A stretch of DNA of 10,417 nucleotides from Candidatus Thorarchaeota archaeon SMTZ1-45. GTDB taxonomy: Archaea; Asgardarchaeota; Thorarchaeia; Thorarchaeales; Thorarchaeaceae. Positions 1 through 7,968 of the stretch are shown here, piece after piece. The notes beneath the pieces were generated by a model, which did no database searches, was not told where the DNA came from, and worked only from the letters and a program-made list of their open reading frames with translations. Made by a program: the position numbers and the translations under genes. The DNA lies in NCBI GenBank assembly GCA_001563335.1, contig LRSL01000112.1:1-10417 (forward strand), in the 5' to 3' direction. Within the stretch, counting starts at the first letter, position 1. Every line of letters begins with the position of its first letter.

Positions 1-500
1 CCAAGGTTCCTGATCAACAAGCAGCCTATGAGAACACAATGAACGCATTGCTTGCGACCATTTCTGGCGCTGACGTCGTTCATGACGGCGTCTATGGAAT
101 TGTTGAAGCAGGCGTTACTGCAAGCTATGACATGTTTGCAATTAGTAACGATATCTGCGGAGCAATAAAACGTGTTGCAAAAGGCATCAAGGTGACCCCA
201 GAGACCTTGGCAGTCGACCTGATAGCCACTGTTGGACATGAGAAGAACCACCTGAATACTCCTGATGCTCTAAGGTTTACAAAGAAACATCTGCTCGAGG
301 AACAATGGCACCCCTTGATTAGTAATAGGACTTCGCGTCCTGAATGGGAGAAGAGAGGGGCTAAGACCATAGCAGAAGTTGCAAAAGAAAAAGTGAAAGA
401 AATCCTCTCAACACACAAAATAGAGCCGCTTGATAAGAAAATGGAGTCAGAAATGAGGAAACTGATTAAGGAACGCGCTAAGAAAGTAAAATCAAGCTGA
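1..500 (+). CDS. Trimethylamine methyltransferase MttB/MtgB-superfamily protein, C-terminal part (5' truncated by window edge)
   Basis: The frame is open from base 3 (KVPDQQAAYENTMNALLATISGADVVH...), so ATG39 is internal. It matches the MttB C-terminal pattern K-x-PD-x-QA-x-x-E, GI-x-V-x-x-ETLA-x-D-x-I-x-x-VG, W-x-x-x-G-x-K and A-x-EKV-x-EIL-x-x-H-x-x-EPL. Stop TGA at 498-500. Confidence 0.88.
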   Translation, partial: KVPDQQAAYENTMNALLATISGADVVHDGVYGIVEAGVTASYDMFAISNDICGAIKRVAKGIKVTPETLAVDLIATVGHEKNHLNTPDALRFTKKHLLEEQWHPLISNRTSRPEWEKRGAKTIAEVAKEKVKEILSTHKIEPLDKKMESEMRKLIKERAKKVKSS

Positions 501-515
501 ATGGAGGGTTGATAA

Positions 516-986
516 ATGGAAAAACCATCTGCTGATGAAGTAAGGGCTGTCGGAATGTCAACAGTCGCAGCTGCTCATGTTGTTTATGTGGAAACTGTAA
601 GAGAGAAATTTGGGAATCCGGGTCTTGAAGCTCTAGGAGAGGCTAATCGTTTACATGGCCTTGAACTTGGTGAACAAGGTGTGAAAGATGGCGGGTTAAG
701 AAAGGGAGACCTGAAATCTATTCATGATTTCTTTGCAGCCGCTCATCCCTTTTTTGGTTTCGAGTTAGAGCTTGTTGATGTAACTGATCGACTAGTAGAC
801 ATCAAGGTTACTGCATGTCCTTGGATTGACACATTTCGTTCGAAAGGTGCGAAAGAGGACATCTGTGATTGGGTCACTAAGATTGATGAGGGAATTGCAC
901 AAGCTGTTGACTCTGAACTCACAATGAGCGTTCCGAAATGCATGATGCGTGGAAATGACCACTGTATCTATCGATGGGCTAAGTGA
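516..986 (+). CDS. Small 4-Cys V4R / L-2-amino-thiazoline-4-carboxylate hydrolase-like ligand-binding protein
   Basis: 156 aa with VTACPW, ICDW..KIDEG and KCMMRGNDHC motifs typical of the ATC_hydrolase/V4R-like fold. GGAGGG RBS at 503-508. Starts 15 bp after the MttB-family stop, so probably co-transcribed. Confidence 0.72.
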   Translation: MEKPSADEVRAVGMSTVAAAHVVYVETVREKFGNPGLEALGEANRLHGLELGEQGVKDGGLRKGDLKSIHDFFAAAHPFFGFELELVDVTDRLVDIKVTACPWIDTFRSKGAKEDICDWVTKIDEGIAQAVDSELTMSVPKCMMRGNDHCIYRWAK

Positions 987-1175
987 TTTCGTTCTTTGAA
1001 ACTATCAAAGGAGGCATGGTTAAAGTTTAAATTAGCTAGATAGATTTGAATTTTAATAAGCCACTTCCTTCAGCATTGCTGGAATCAATGAAGTAGGATA
1101 AACATCATATACCCGATTGAATTGATAACTATTTCAATTCAACCCAATATCAAAGAACAACGGTCGCGGATAGAA

Positions 1176-1958
1176 TTGGCAGATAAAGCAACCAAACTTA
1201 CATTGAGAGAATGGCTTGCACAGCACGCAAGAGCTGAGCCTGTACATTATAAGAAAATTGCAGAGGCACTCGAACGTGATCCTGCATCAGTTTCAGCATC
1301 TCTTTCCATTGAGGGCAAACAAGCTCAAGAAGATAATAGACCAGCTTATTTCCAAAGAGTAGGACCTGGACTCTATCAGTACAACGATCTTTGTGAAGGT
1401 GCAGTTGATGAAGAGCTCATTGCGGAGGTTCGCACTCGAGCTGATGACTTTAACCGAGCTACTCGACGTGAGATGCGACATGAAATAGCTAAACTTGATT
1501 TAGAAGGTTTCGATGACCTTGCTAGAATTGTCCTCCTTAATGTCCGAGCTCGTGTTGAGGAGGCTGAAGAAGTTGATATATACAATGAAACAGTCGTACT
1601 TCTAACATCATGGCGGGATGATGGTGGAAGGTCTCCTGTTGTTGTTTATGCAAAGAAGTGTGACTATGATGAAAAGATAGGGGCTGATCTCATTCGAGAG
1701 ATCAGAGGATCACTTCCCACACATCAAGCAAATCAGGGTGTCCTCATCACAAACGGGACAGTTACTCCTGAAGGGAAACAAGAAGCGCTTGGTTATGCTG
1801 GTAGAGATATCAAGGTTTCAGTTCCACCAGTTCACATCATGGACATTGATATTATCCTAAATGTTCTCCTTGAAAGTCGAACTGGCGTTCGTGCAAAGAA
1901 TGTTGAGGTGCTACTTCTAGACCACGAATTCTTCAGGAGACTTCGGCATTCATCGTAA
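1176..1958 (+). CDS. HARE-HTH winged helix fused to an Mrr-type restriction-endonuclease-fold domain (catalytic motif degenerate)
   Basis: N-terminus PVHYKKIAE...PASVSASL...FQRVGPGLY resembles HARE-HTH. C-terminus IREIRGSL..HQANQGVLITNGTVTPEGKQEA...HIMD...LLESRTGV...DHEFF resembles Mrr_cat. In-frame TTG at 1176 (MADKATK) is my preferred start; the ORF track begins at TTG1122. Confidence 0.75.
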   Translation: MADKATKLTLREWLAQHARAEPVHYKKIAEALERDPASVSASLSIEGKQAQEDNRPAYFQRVGPGLYQYNDLCEGAVDEELIAEVRTRADDFNRATRREMRHEIAKLDLEGFDDLARIVLLNVRARVEEAEEVDIYNETVVLLTSWRDDGGRSPVVVYAKKCDYDEKIGADLIREIRGSLPTHQANQGVLITNGTVTPEGKQEALGYAGRDIKVSVPPVHIMDIDIILNVLLESRTGVRAKNVEVLLLDHEFFRRLRHSS

Positions 1959-2048
1959 TAATAGGACTCATTTCATTACTCGTCGTATTGAATAGGAACT
2001 ATTATTCTTAAAGTCGATGTTAAAGTCACAAAAAAAGGCACCCTTTAG

Positions 2049-2056
2049 TTTAAATA
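2049..2056 (+). promoter_or_regulatory. Putative archaeal TATA box for the APC permease
   Basis: TTTAAATA about 85 bp upstream of TTG2139. AGGAG RBS at about 2123-2127. Confidence 0.5.
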
Positions 2057-2138
2057 TGAGGATTTACTTTGTAGAAAGCTATCACGATAACGATTCGTTT
2101 TCTTGTCGTGAGAGAGAAAAAAAGGAGAACAACGCAAA

Positions 2139-3725
2139 TTGAGTGAGGAAGAAAAGCTCCTCTTCGTGCGAGAGAGCTCCGGCCTAGTAAAGGAAGTAGG
2201 TACGGGATTCGCTTTGCTTCTTCCAATAGCACTAACACTTGGACCTTGGTTCCACTATTTCGGACCCCAGGTTTCAACTTGGTATCCTGGTGCGCATCTG
2301 ATACCAATGTACGCACTTGGTGCAGGGACAGTCTTCTTTGAAGCACTTGCCCTCATGTGTCTGATGCTTGCCATGCCAAGATCAGGAGCATCATACCACT
2401 TCACTGGACGTGGTCTGAGTCCTATTTTTGGTGTAATGGAAGGTTGGCGAAGTGTAATCACAAATCCAGTCTTTAGAGGCACTGGAAGCTTTTTTGCTGT
2501 ACAAATATTCGCTGGTGGTCTTGTTGTAATTGGCAGTGCAACCAACAACACTTGGCTGCAAGACGCAGCAGGAGCATTGGGTGGTGATCCAATCCTGCTA
2601 TTTACTGCTGCAGTTTTGATGATTCTAGTAGGGTTCATCTTTAGCTACTTGTCCGTTAAGTGGTTAGGATGGTTTGTGATAATCCTTGGAATTATCAATA
2701 TACTAGCGTTGCTGATTGCAGATCTTGTATTGATAGCAACTCCGATGACCGAAACCATTTGGAACAATGTTTTTCCTGGCACGTATTCCACTATTGATGC
2801 CATAAATGTCACAACTCCCGTAGACTATACTACGTTCAGTTTCGCAGCTGTAGGTCCTGCACTCCTACTAACGGTAGGTGGTATGTGGCCATATCTCATC
2901 ATGCCTGTTGCAGGTGAAGTTTCACAACCAAGTAGAAACATCCCATTGAGCAACTTAGGTGGTTGGGCTGGCATTGCTGGCTTCTTCCTACTTTCAGCAT
3001 TCGCTGTTGAATCAAGCATGGGTAACTTCCTGTACAAGCATAACATTGGTTTTGCCAGAATCGACCCTGTCACCCTTCTACCTGACCCAGTGCCTGGTAC
3101 GGTTTTCCCAGGATTTGGAAACTTTGCTGCAGTTGCTCTACAGGGTAACATATTAGCATGGTTTGTGATATTGTGTCCGATATTTGCTAGTGTCCTAGAC
3201 TCCCCAAGCAATGCCTTGTGGGTTACAAGACCAATGCATTCAATGGCTATGGACCGGTTCTGTCCTGAGGCATTTGCCCGTGTCCATCCCAAATATCATG
3301 TACCACACATCACTCTATGGTTCTGGCTGATCGTTTCAATTGGTACAGTAGCTTATGCAACAGTCCTACAGGTAGTTTATAACACGGCTCTTGCTGCATT
3401 AATCGGTGTAGCATACACCTATGTGTTCATACGTTGGCAGATGGCATTGGCGGCGATCTCGTTGCCATATTATCGACCTACGCTGTGGGAACGCAGTGGA
3501 GCCTGGAAGTTCTTGGGCATACCGCTTATATCACTTGGTGGATTAGTCGCTGGCGCAGTATTCTTCTGGGCCATAATTGCTTACGTCCCAACGTTGCCCT
3601 ATGAGGTCCTGTTTACGGTGCTTGTTTATGTGATAGGTCAGCTGGCCTACATGTACTACGGTGCTAAGAACAAGGCCAAAGGCATTGAGATGTCAGCTAT
3701 CTTTGGACAGCTGCCACCAGAGTAG
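2139..3725 (+). CDS. APC-family amino acid/amine permease
   Basis: 528 aa with about 12 hydrophobic segments. Motifs: LFVRESSGLVKE (archaeal APC N-terminus), AMPRSGASY, AGEVSQPSRNIP, AMDRFCPEAFARVHPKYHVP and C-terminal FGQLPPE. TTG start with an AGGAG RBS. Confidence 0.92.
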   Translation: MSEEEKLLFVRESSGLVKEVGTGFALLLPIALTLGPWFHYFGPQVSTWYPGAHLIPMYALGAGTVFFEALALMCLMLAMPRSGASYHFTGRGLSPIFGVMEGWRSVITNPVFRGTGSFFAVQIFAGGLVVIGSATNNTWLQDAAGALGGDPILLFTAAVLMILVGFIFSYLSVKWLGWFVIILGIINILALLIADLVLIATPMTETIWNNVFPGTYSTIDAINVTTPVDYTTFSFAAVGPALLLTVGGMWPYLIMPVAGEVSQPSRNIPLSNLGGWAGIAGFFLLSAFAVESSMGNFLYKHNIGFARIDPVTLLPDPVPGTVFPGFGNFAAVALQGNILAWFVILCPIFASVLDSPSNALWVTRPMHSMAMDRFCPEAFARVHPKYHVPHITLWFWLIVSIGTVAYATVLQVVYNTALAALIGVAYTYVFIRWQMALAAISLPYYRPTLWERSGAWKFLGIPLISLGGLVAGAVFFWAIIAYVPTLPYEVLFTVLVYVIGQLAYMYYGAKNKAKGIEMSAIFGQLPPE

Positions 3726-3739
3726 TCTATAGAATATTC

Positions 3740-3774
3740 GAAGAGAGCTGCAAGCTCTCTTCTATCTATTTTTT
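3740..3774 (+). terminator. Hairpin plus U-tract terminator after the APC permease
   Basis: Perfect 10-bp stem GAAGAGAGCT (3740-3749) / AGCTCTCTTC (3753-3762) with a 3-nt loop, then TATCTA and T6 (3769-3774). Lies 14 bp after the stop, between convergent genes. Confidence 0.72.
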
Positions 3775-3804
3775 AGGTAAACTGATTAATGCATAGTAGT
3801 CAGT

Positions 3805-4740
3805 TCAATACTCTTCCATATAATCATAAATGGGTGGAAACCTATTCCTACTAGCCTTACTTGAGAATGCTTCGAGCTTATCCCATGTCCTATGAAATCG
3901 CGAGGGGAAAGACCAAGGTCTAATCAGTAAGAACTCTTTTACATCATCTGAGGAATTGTATGTATCAAGGGCATTCTGGGCTGCTTTGTTGAATCTATTT
4001 CTTGCATCATCATCCAAGACTTGCTGGTTGAATAAGTATGCATCCTCATGCCACTCATAACGAACAGTGAACTCCTGATGATCAGCAAATACACGTTTTA
4101 CTTTCCTCCAAGGCCAAAATGTTGACATTTGTTCCAATTGTTCGCCAGCACCATAGAAATCGATTGCCATCCCTTCCTTACAATAGACGTAATCGGGTCC
4201 CCTCTCTCGGAATTTCGGGTTTGGCTTAGCCATGCGTCCCTTCTTTACCCAGTCATTCCATTCTGCTCTTATTCGTTCTTGTACTTGACCCTGGTCCAAA
4301 ATATACTTGACAGCCGCGGCAGTTCCATGATGAGCCAAACCTGGTAGAGATGGGCTTTCAAGGCGCTTTTCTATCCACTCTCTAACTTGAGGAACATCTT
4401 CAATTGGTATTGTAGTCCAAACTGGGAAAACTGCTTTTCCATACGGCATTGTGAATAGAAAAACCATTCCTGCAGAATCCATAGGTGTGAATTTTTCATC
4501 AACTATCTCCTCTCCAATTGGCCAAGTTTCGCCATTCTTGGCTATGTGGACTTCACATACTTCATATGAGATGACCTCGTTCCAGTCTGCATCAAAGACT
4601 GCTTGATACCACTTTCGTTTCTTCTCTCTGGGAAGGATAAATCGAGCTAGGTTCACATTAATTTGAAGTTCATGTGTTCTCTCACTGTAGGGACAAATCC
4701 CATGGTACTCAATATCAGGCAATGTATCATCTTGAACCAT
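3805..4740 (-). CDS. Hypothetical soluble protein, possibly two PH-like domains
   Basis: 311-aa ORF with an AGGTGA RBS (complement of 4750-4755) 9 nt before the ATG. It fills the space between neighbours without overlap. No recognised enzyme motif. Confidence 0.8.
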   Translation of the reverse strand: MVQDDTLPDIEYHGICPYSERTHELQINVNLARFILPREKKRKWYQAVFDADWNEVISYEVCEVHIAKNGETWPIGEEIVDEKFTPMDSAGMVFLFTMPYGKAVFPVWTTIPIEDVPQVREWIEKRLESPSLPGLAHHGTAAAVKYILDQGQVQERIRAEWNDWVKKGRMAKPNPKFRERGPDYVYCKEGMAIDFYGAGEQLEQMSTFWPWRKVKRVFADHQEFTVRYEWHEDAYLFNQQVLDDDARNRFNKAAQNALDTYNSSDDVKEFLLIRPWSFPSRFHRTWDKLEAFSSKASRNRFPPIYDYMEEY

Positions 4741-4780
4741 TTAGCCCTATCACCTTTGCATTTCAGCTCGAGCTAGCAAC

Positions 4781-4799
4781 TTCTTAAATATTCTTAAAT
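4781..4799. promoter_or_regulatory. Tandem TTCTTAAAT direct repeat in a divergent intergenic region (TATA-like or operator)
   Basis: TTCTTAAAT at 4781-4789 and 4791-4799 (10-bp period). A perfect palindrome AGCTCGAGCT lies nearby at 4765-4774. Confidence 0.4.
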
Positions 4800-4878
4800 G
4801 AGAGAGTGAATTACTTCTAAGAATCGATAGTGTTAATTAGCAGTTTCCATGAGAGGCTCAAAGAGAGGACACACGACG

Positions 4879-5574
4879 ATGAGTCACCAGCCAAATCAAT
4901 TAAAAGGTAAATCTGCTTCTTTGGATGATTTCAAGTTTGAGCCAAATGGACTGGATCTCAAATTCAGCAAGAACCTGATTACGGTCCTTGATGGTTATCG
5001 AATCCACAGAACATATGATCTTACATTTATCGATAAAGCAATGAACAAAGGTGATTTGCCTCCCAGTTTCATAAGACAATGGGGAACAATCAGGTCTGTC
5101 CTGCACAAACTAGCCTCGATAGGGCCCAAAGTTCCGGGCGTAGAATCTACGCTGAATAGGAAGCAATACATGTCTTTCATATCAATGGCATTTCTTACCA
5201 TCTCTGTTCCTATACTACTTATAACATGGGTGTTTCAAATAGAGTTCCTATCTCCCATTGCGATACCTCTCTCACTAGTTGCAGTTTCATTAGTGATGAT
5301 AAACTTCCTTGTAGGTGGTTGGTACAATCGAAAAGTGGCATGGGATATTCATAATTACATTGAAGCCAATCAAAGTCTTGTGGCGCGAGAGCGTTCAATC
5401 CTTAAGGGCTGGGTACAAATACTTATTGATTATATTGCAAGATTAATGCGAAAGACTGGTGCAGATCCAGAAAAGGAGCTTATCAAGTTCTTCAATGATG
5501 ACTATAACCGAATTGAAGTTAAGAAAGTACCTTCTGGACTAAGAAAGCATTATGTTGTGAAGATACAGGTTTGA
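4879..5574 (+). CDS. Hypothetical membrane protein with two central transmembrane helices
   Basis: Hydrophobic hairpin YMSFISMAFLTISVPILLITWVF / LSPIAIPLSLVAVSLVMINFLVGGWY with soluble flanks. ATG4879 follows GAGAGGA and is preferred; ATG4849 is an in-frame alternative. Confidence 0.78.
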   Translation: MSHQPNQLKGKSASLDDFKFEPNGLDLKFSKNLITVLDGYRIHRTYDLTFIDKAMNKGDLPPSFIRQWGTIRSVLHKLASIGPKVPGVESTLNRKQYMSFISMAFLTISVPILLITWVFQIEFLSPIAIPLSLVAVSLVMINFLVGGWYNRKVAWDIHNYIEANQSLVARERSILKGWVQILIDYIARLMRKTGADPEKELIKFFNDDYNRIEVKKVPSGLRKHYVVKIQV

Positions 5575-5605
5575 GAGCCCATCCGTACACTACAGGTTTC
5601 ATAAT

Positions 5606-6721
5606 CTATACTAATGCTTCAATTGGCTTATAGTCGAGATCAAATCCGAAATGACGGGGTCCTAGCACCTTTAAACCTTCAAGACTTCTGAAGATTGATT
5701 CACCCTTCATTCCTATCACACTGACATTGTCACCTTTCTTTATGTCTGTGTTAGTTATAGGCTCACCTATCTTTGCATCAATTATTTCGATTATATCAGG
5801 ACTCATGACCCATGGCTTACCATCTAGCCATGTCATGTGGTTCTCATTCTTAAACCAGACCTTGAACTTCTTACCAGGTTTGATGCCTGATCCTTTTATC
5901 TCAGTTTCTCCCCACATATAGCCTTCTCGATTCTCCCATGTTCGTCCAATAACTTCTCCTCTGAATAGAACCCATCCCCCAACCTTCTCAACTATCTTAT
6001 TGGCTGGGTCATCTCCAGACTCTCTACATTCACGAATTATCTTTCCAACATTATAGCTCTTTGTCAATGTGTTTGGAAGTATAGCTTCATGGAAATCTTT
6101 CCCCTTGACAGGAAAGGCTACATTACCTAATCTACCCCACGCCACTTCGCTTAGTGCTTTTGAGAGTCTTTCACCCATTTCATAATTGATTACATGCTGA
6201 ACAATGCTTTTGTTTCCATACCAATCAACTAATGCCATAGGTGCCATAGAATATCCTTTCACACAAACAGTGTTCTGACAGATCTCAGGAACAGCTCTTC
6301 CTGAGTAGTCTCCATCCACACATGGAATTCCATGTTTAACTGCAGCGTCAATCGGTGCAGGTGTGTTTACTCCACCCAATTCGAAAGGTGCAACAGCTGC
6401 AAACTTGATTCCCATGTATTCCTCAAGAGATGCCAAGCCTACTGCTAACTCCTTCTCGAAGAAATCCCAAGGAAATCTTGTCCGTAGAGCTTCTATTTCA
6501 GGCGTTGGAGGGGCTATGGTACCAGAGTAGTATGCACAGGCAACCCAATCATTACTCTTGACCTTCCCCACATCGACGATTTCAATGGTTTTTCCCGCAT
6601 CTACATGGGGATAGAGCATATCTAGACCTAGCTGCTTGCTTCCACCTCCCCCAGTTCCAAAGAAGGTGCATCCTGTTGTGAGATCGTCTACATCTGTTCT
6701 GGTCTTTAATAAAAGCGTCAT
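5606..6721 (-). CDS. DUF917-family protein (S-methyl thiohydantoin desulfurase-like), copy 1
   Basis: 371 aa with FGTGGGG, PFELGGVNT, VDGDYSGRAVPE, FKNEN and SPDII motifs characteristic of DUF917. Confidence 0.9.
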   Translation of the reverse strand: MTLLLKTRTDVDDLTTGCTFFGTGGGGSKQLGLDMLYPHVDAGKTIEIVDVGKVKSNDWVACAYYSGTIAPPTPEIEALRTRFPWDFFEKELAVGLASLEEYMGIKFAAVAPFELGGVNTPAPIDAAVKHGIPCVDGDYSGRAVPEICQNTVCVKGYSMAPMALVDWYGNKSIVQHVINYEMGERLSKALSEVAWGRLGNVAFPVKGKDFHEAILPNTLTKSYNVGKIIRECRESGDDPANKIVEKVGGWVLFRGEVIGRTWENREGYMWGETEIKGSGIKPGKKFKVWFKNENHMTWLDGKPWVMSPDIIEIIDAKIGEPITNTDIKKGDNVSVIGMKGESIFRSLEGLKVLGPRHFGFDLDYKPIEALV

Positions 6722-6770
6722 TCACACTTCTCCCAGATTAAAATTATTAAATAACGAACAAGCTCGCGAG

Positions 6771-6786
6771 TATATATTTTCTTTCG
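6771..6786 (-). promoter_or_regulatory. Putative BRE + TATA promoter for DUF917 copy 1
   Basis: Minus strand reads CGAAAGAAAA-TATATA (purine-rich BRE-like stretch, then TATA) about 50 bp upstream of ATG6721. Confidence 0.5.
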
Positions 6787-6821
6787 AAAAAAGAGATTAG
6801 GGGAGTGCCAGTGCACTCTTC
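6787..6821 (-). terminator. Hairpin plus U-tract terminator after the metallophosphoesterase
   Basis: Minus strand GAA-GAGTGC-ACTG-GCACTC-CCCTAATCTC-TTTTTT, starting 16 bp after the stop at 6838. Confidence 0.55.
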
Positions 6822-6837
6822 ATGTCAGCTCAATGAC

Positions 6838-7779
6838 TCAAAGTTCAACTCTACCAGCTTGAACCTTGTCATCTTCAATTGTAATCAGGAATCCTTTCAA
6901 TATTCCCTCTCTGTACTCTGAACCTGGGTTTACACAGAGAGTGCGACCTATTTCACGATAACCTACTGACTCATGAATATGTCCATGCATCCCAAGCAGA
7001 GGTTGATACTTTTCAATCACTGCTCTTACAGACTTGCTACCTACAGGACCCAGAACTTCCATAGCGCCAGATTTCTTTATCTTAAATTCTTCATCTAATG
7101 CAGGAGCTGTATCCAGTCCCGAGTTGAAGGGTGGATCATGGAAATTGCAAAGCACTCTGGAGTAATCATTTGTTTCTAGTCGTGCAAACTCAGCTTCGAG
7201 CTTTTCCATTAGCTCATCGTCAGGACATTCTCTGTGAGTGTTCCATGGCGTAGAATTGACCCATTCGCAGCTAATCATTGGATATCCTCTAACATCAACC
7301 ACCTTTTGCAGTGGATATATCACTCTGGGGTCGTTCTTAATGACTGCATCAATGGAATAATCATCATCATTTCCCGGATTAACAACCACCATTACATCTT
7401 CTGGAATCTTCTCGTTTGCCATATCCATCCATAACTGAATTCTCTCGACCATTAAATCTTGGAACAACTTTGTGATAGCTCCCGGTGTTTCTCGTAGTTT
7501 AGCGAGTTCTTCAGGCGTCAGAATCTTGGGATAATATCCTTCATCCTTTGTGAATTTAATGAAATGTTCCAAATCTTTTTGCTTTTTAAAGGTCTTTTTA
7601 CTTCCATGTGGTTGAGCATACCATCTGTCATCTTTTTCTTGGATGATTGGCATTATTGCCTTGCCTGTGAGATCTCCGCACATCATGGCAACATCTGCCT
7701 TGAAAACTTTGGGAGCTCTACACATTTTCTCCCAAGTCTGTTGACTTCCGTGCGGATCAGCTGCTAGGAAAATTCTCAT
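6838..7779 (-). CDS. Calcineurin-like metallophosphoesterase (Icc-related)
   Basis: All five motif blocks are present: D8-P-H10, CGDLTGK, PGNDD, FHDPP and HGHIHE, plus C-terminal VNPGSEY. GAGGT RBS (complement of 7786-7790). Confidence 0.9.
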   Translation of the reverse strand: MRIFLAADPHGSQQTWEKMCRAPKVFKADVAMMCGDLTGKAIMPIIQEKDDRWYAQPHGSKKTFKKQKDLEHFIKFTKDEGYYPKILTPEELAKLRETPGAITKLFQDLMVERIQLWMDMANEKIPEDVMVVVNPGNDDDYSIDAVIKNDPRVIYPLQKVVDVRGYPMISCEWVNSTPWNTHRECPDDELMEKLEAEFARLETNDYSRVLCNFHDPPFNSGLDTAPALDEEFKIKKSGAMEVLGPVGSKSVRAVIEKYQPLLGMHGHIHESVGYREIGRTLCVNPGSEYREGILKGFLITIEDDKVQAGRVEL

Positions 7780-7823
7780 TTATTTACCTCATGTTATTGT
7801 ACGCAGGAGTTCCTTTGCGCTGG

Positions 7824-7916
7824 TTTAAATCCTTAATGGTATAGCGGTATCCTAGCACTTTAATTTAACTTTGAAAAATGGATGAAAAAAACGTTGACAT
7901 GACACAAGATATTAAT
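7824..7916. promoter_or_regulatory. Divergent promoter region with TATA-like elements
   Basis: 189-bp AT-rich gap (7780-7968). TTTAAA at 7824-7829 lies about 45 bp upstream of the minus-strand ATG, and ATTAAT at 7911-7916 lies about 55 bp upstream of TTG7969. Confidence 0.4.
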
Positions 7917-7968
7917 GTTATACCATATCATCATAATAGATAATTTGAGTATTGAGGTGTACCAGTAA

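Noticed and set aside
39-41. ATG39 as the start of a complete 153-aa protein
   Set aside because: The frame is open to the window edge and MttB similarity continues upstream, so this is a truncated larger gene.
987-1175. ncRNA or riboswitch in the intergenic region
   Set aside because: Only a weak short stem (TTCAGC-ATT-GCTGGA) and AT-rich TATA-like runs. No recognisable RNA family motif.
1122-1958. Functional restriction-modification or defence island
   Set aside because: Single gene with a degenerate catalytic motif and no methylase, integrase or other defence genes nearby.
1951-2010. Imperfect ~30-bp tandem similarity (CATCGTAATAATAGGA / CGTCGTATTGAATAGGA) as a CRISPR remnant
   Set aside because: Only two degenerate copies, no spacer of proper length and no cas genes. 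Compatible with chance or an old micro-duplication.
7894-7931. TTGACA as a bacterial sigma70 -35 box
   Set aside because: No good -10 hexamer at 16-18 bp spacing, and the context otherwise looks archaeal.
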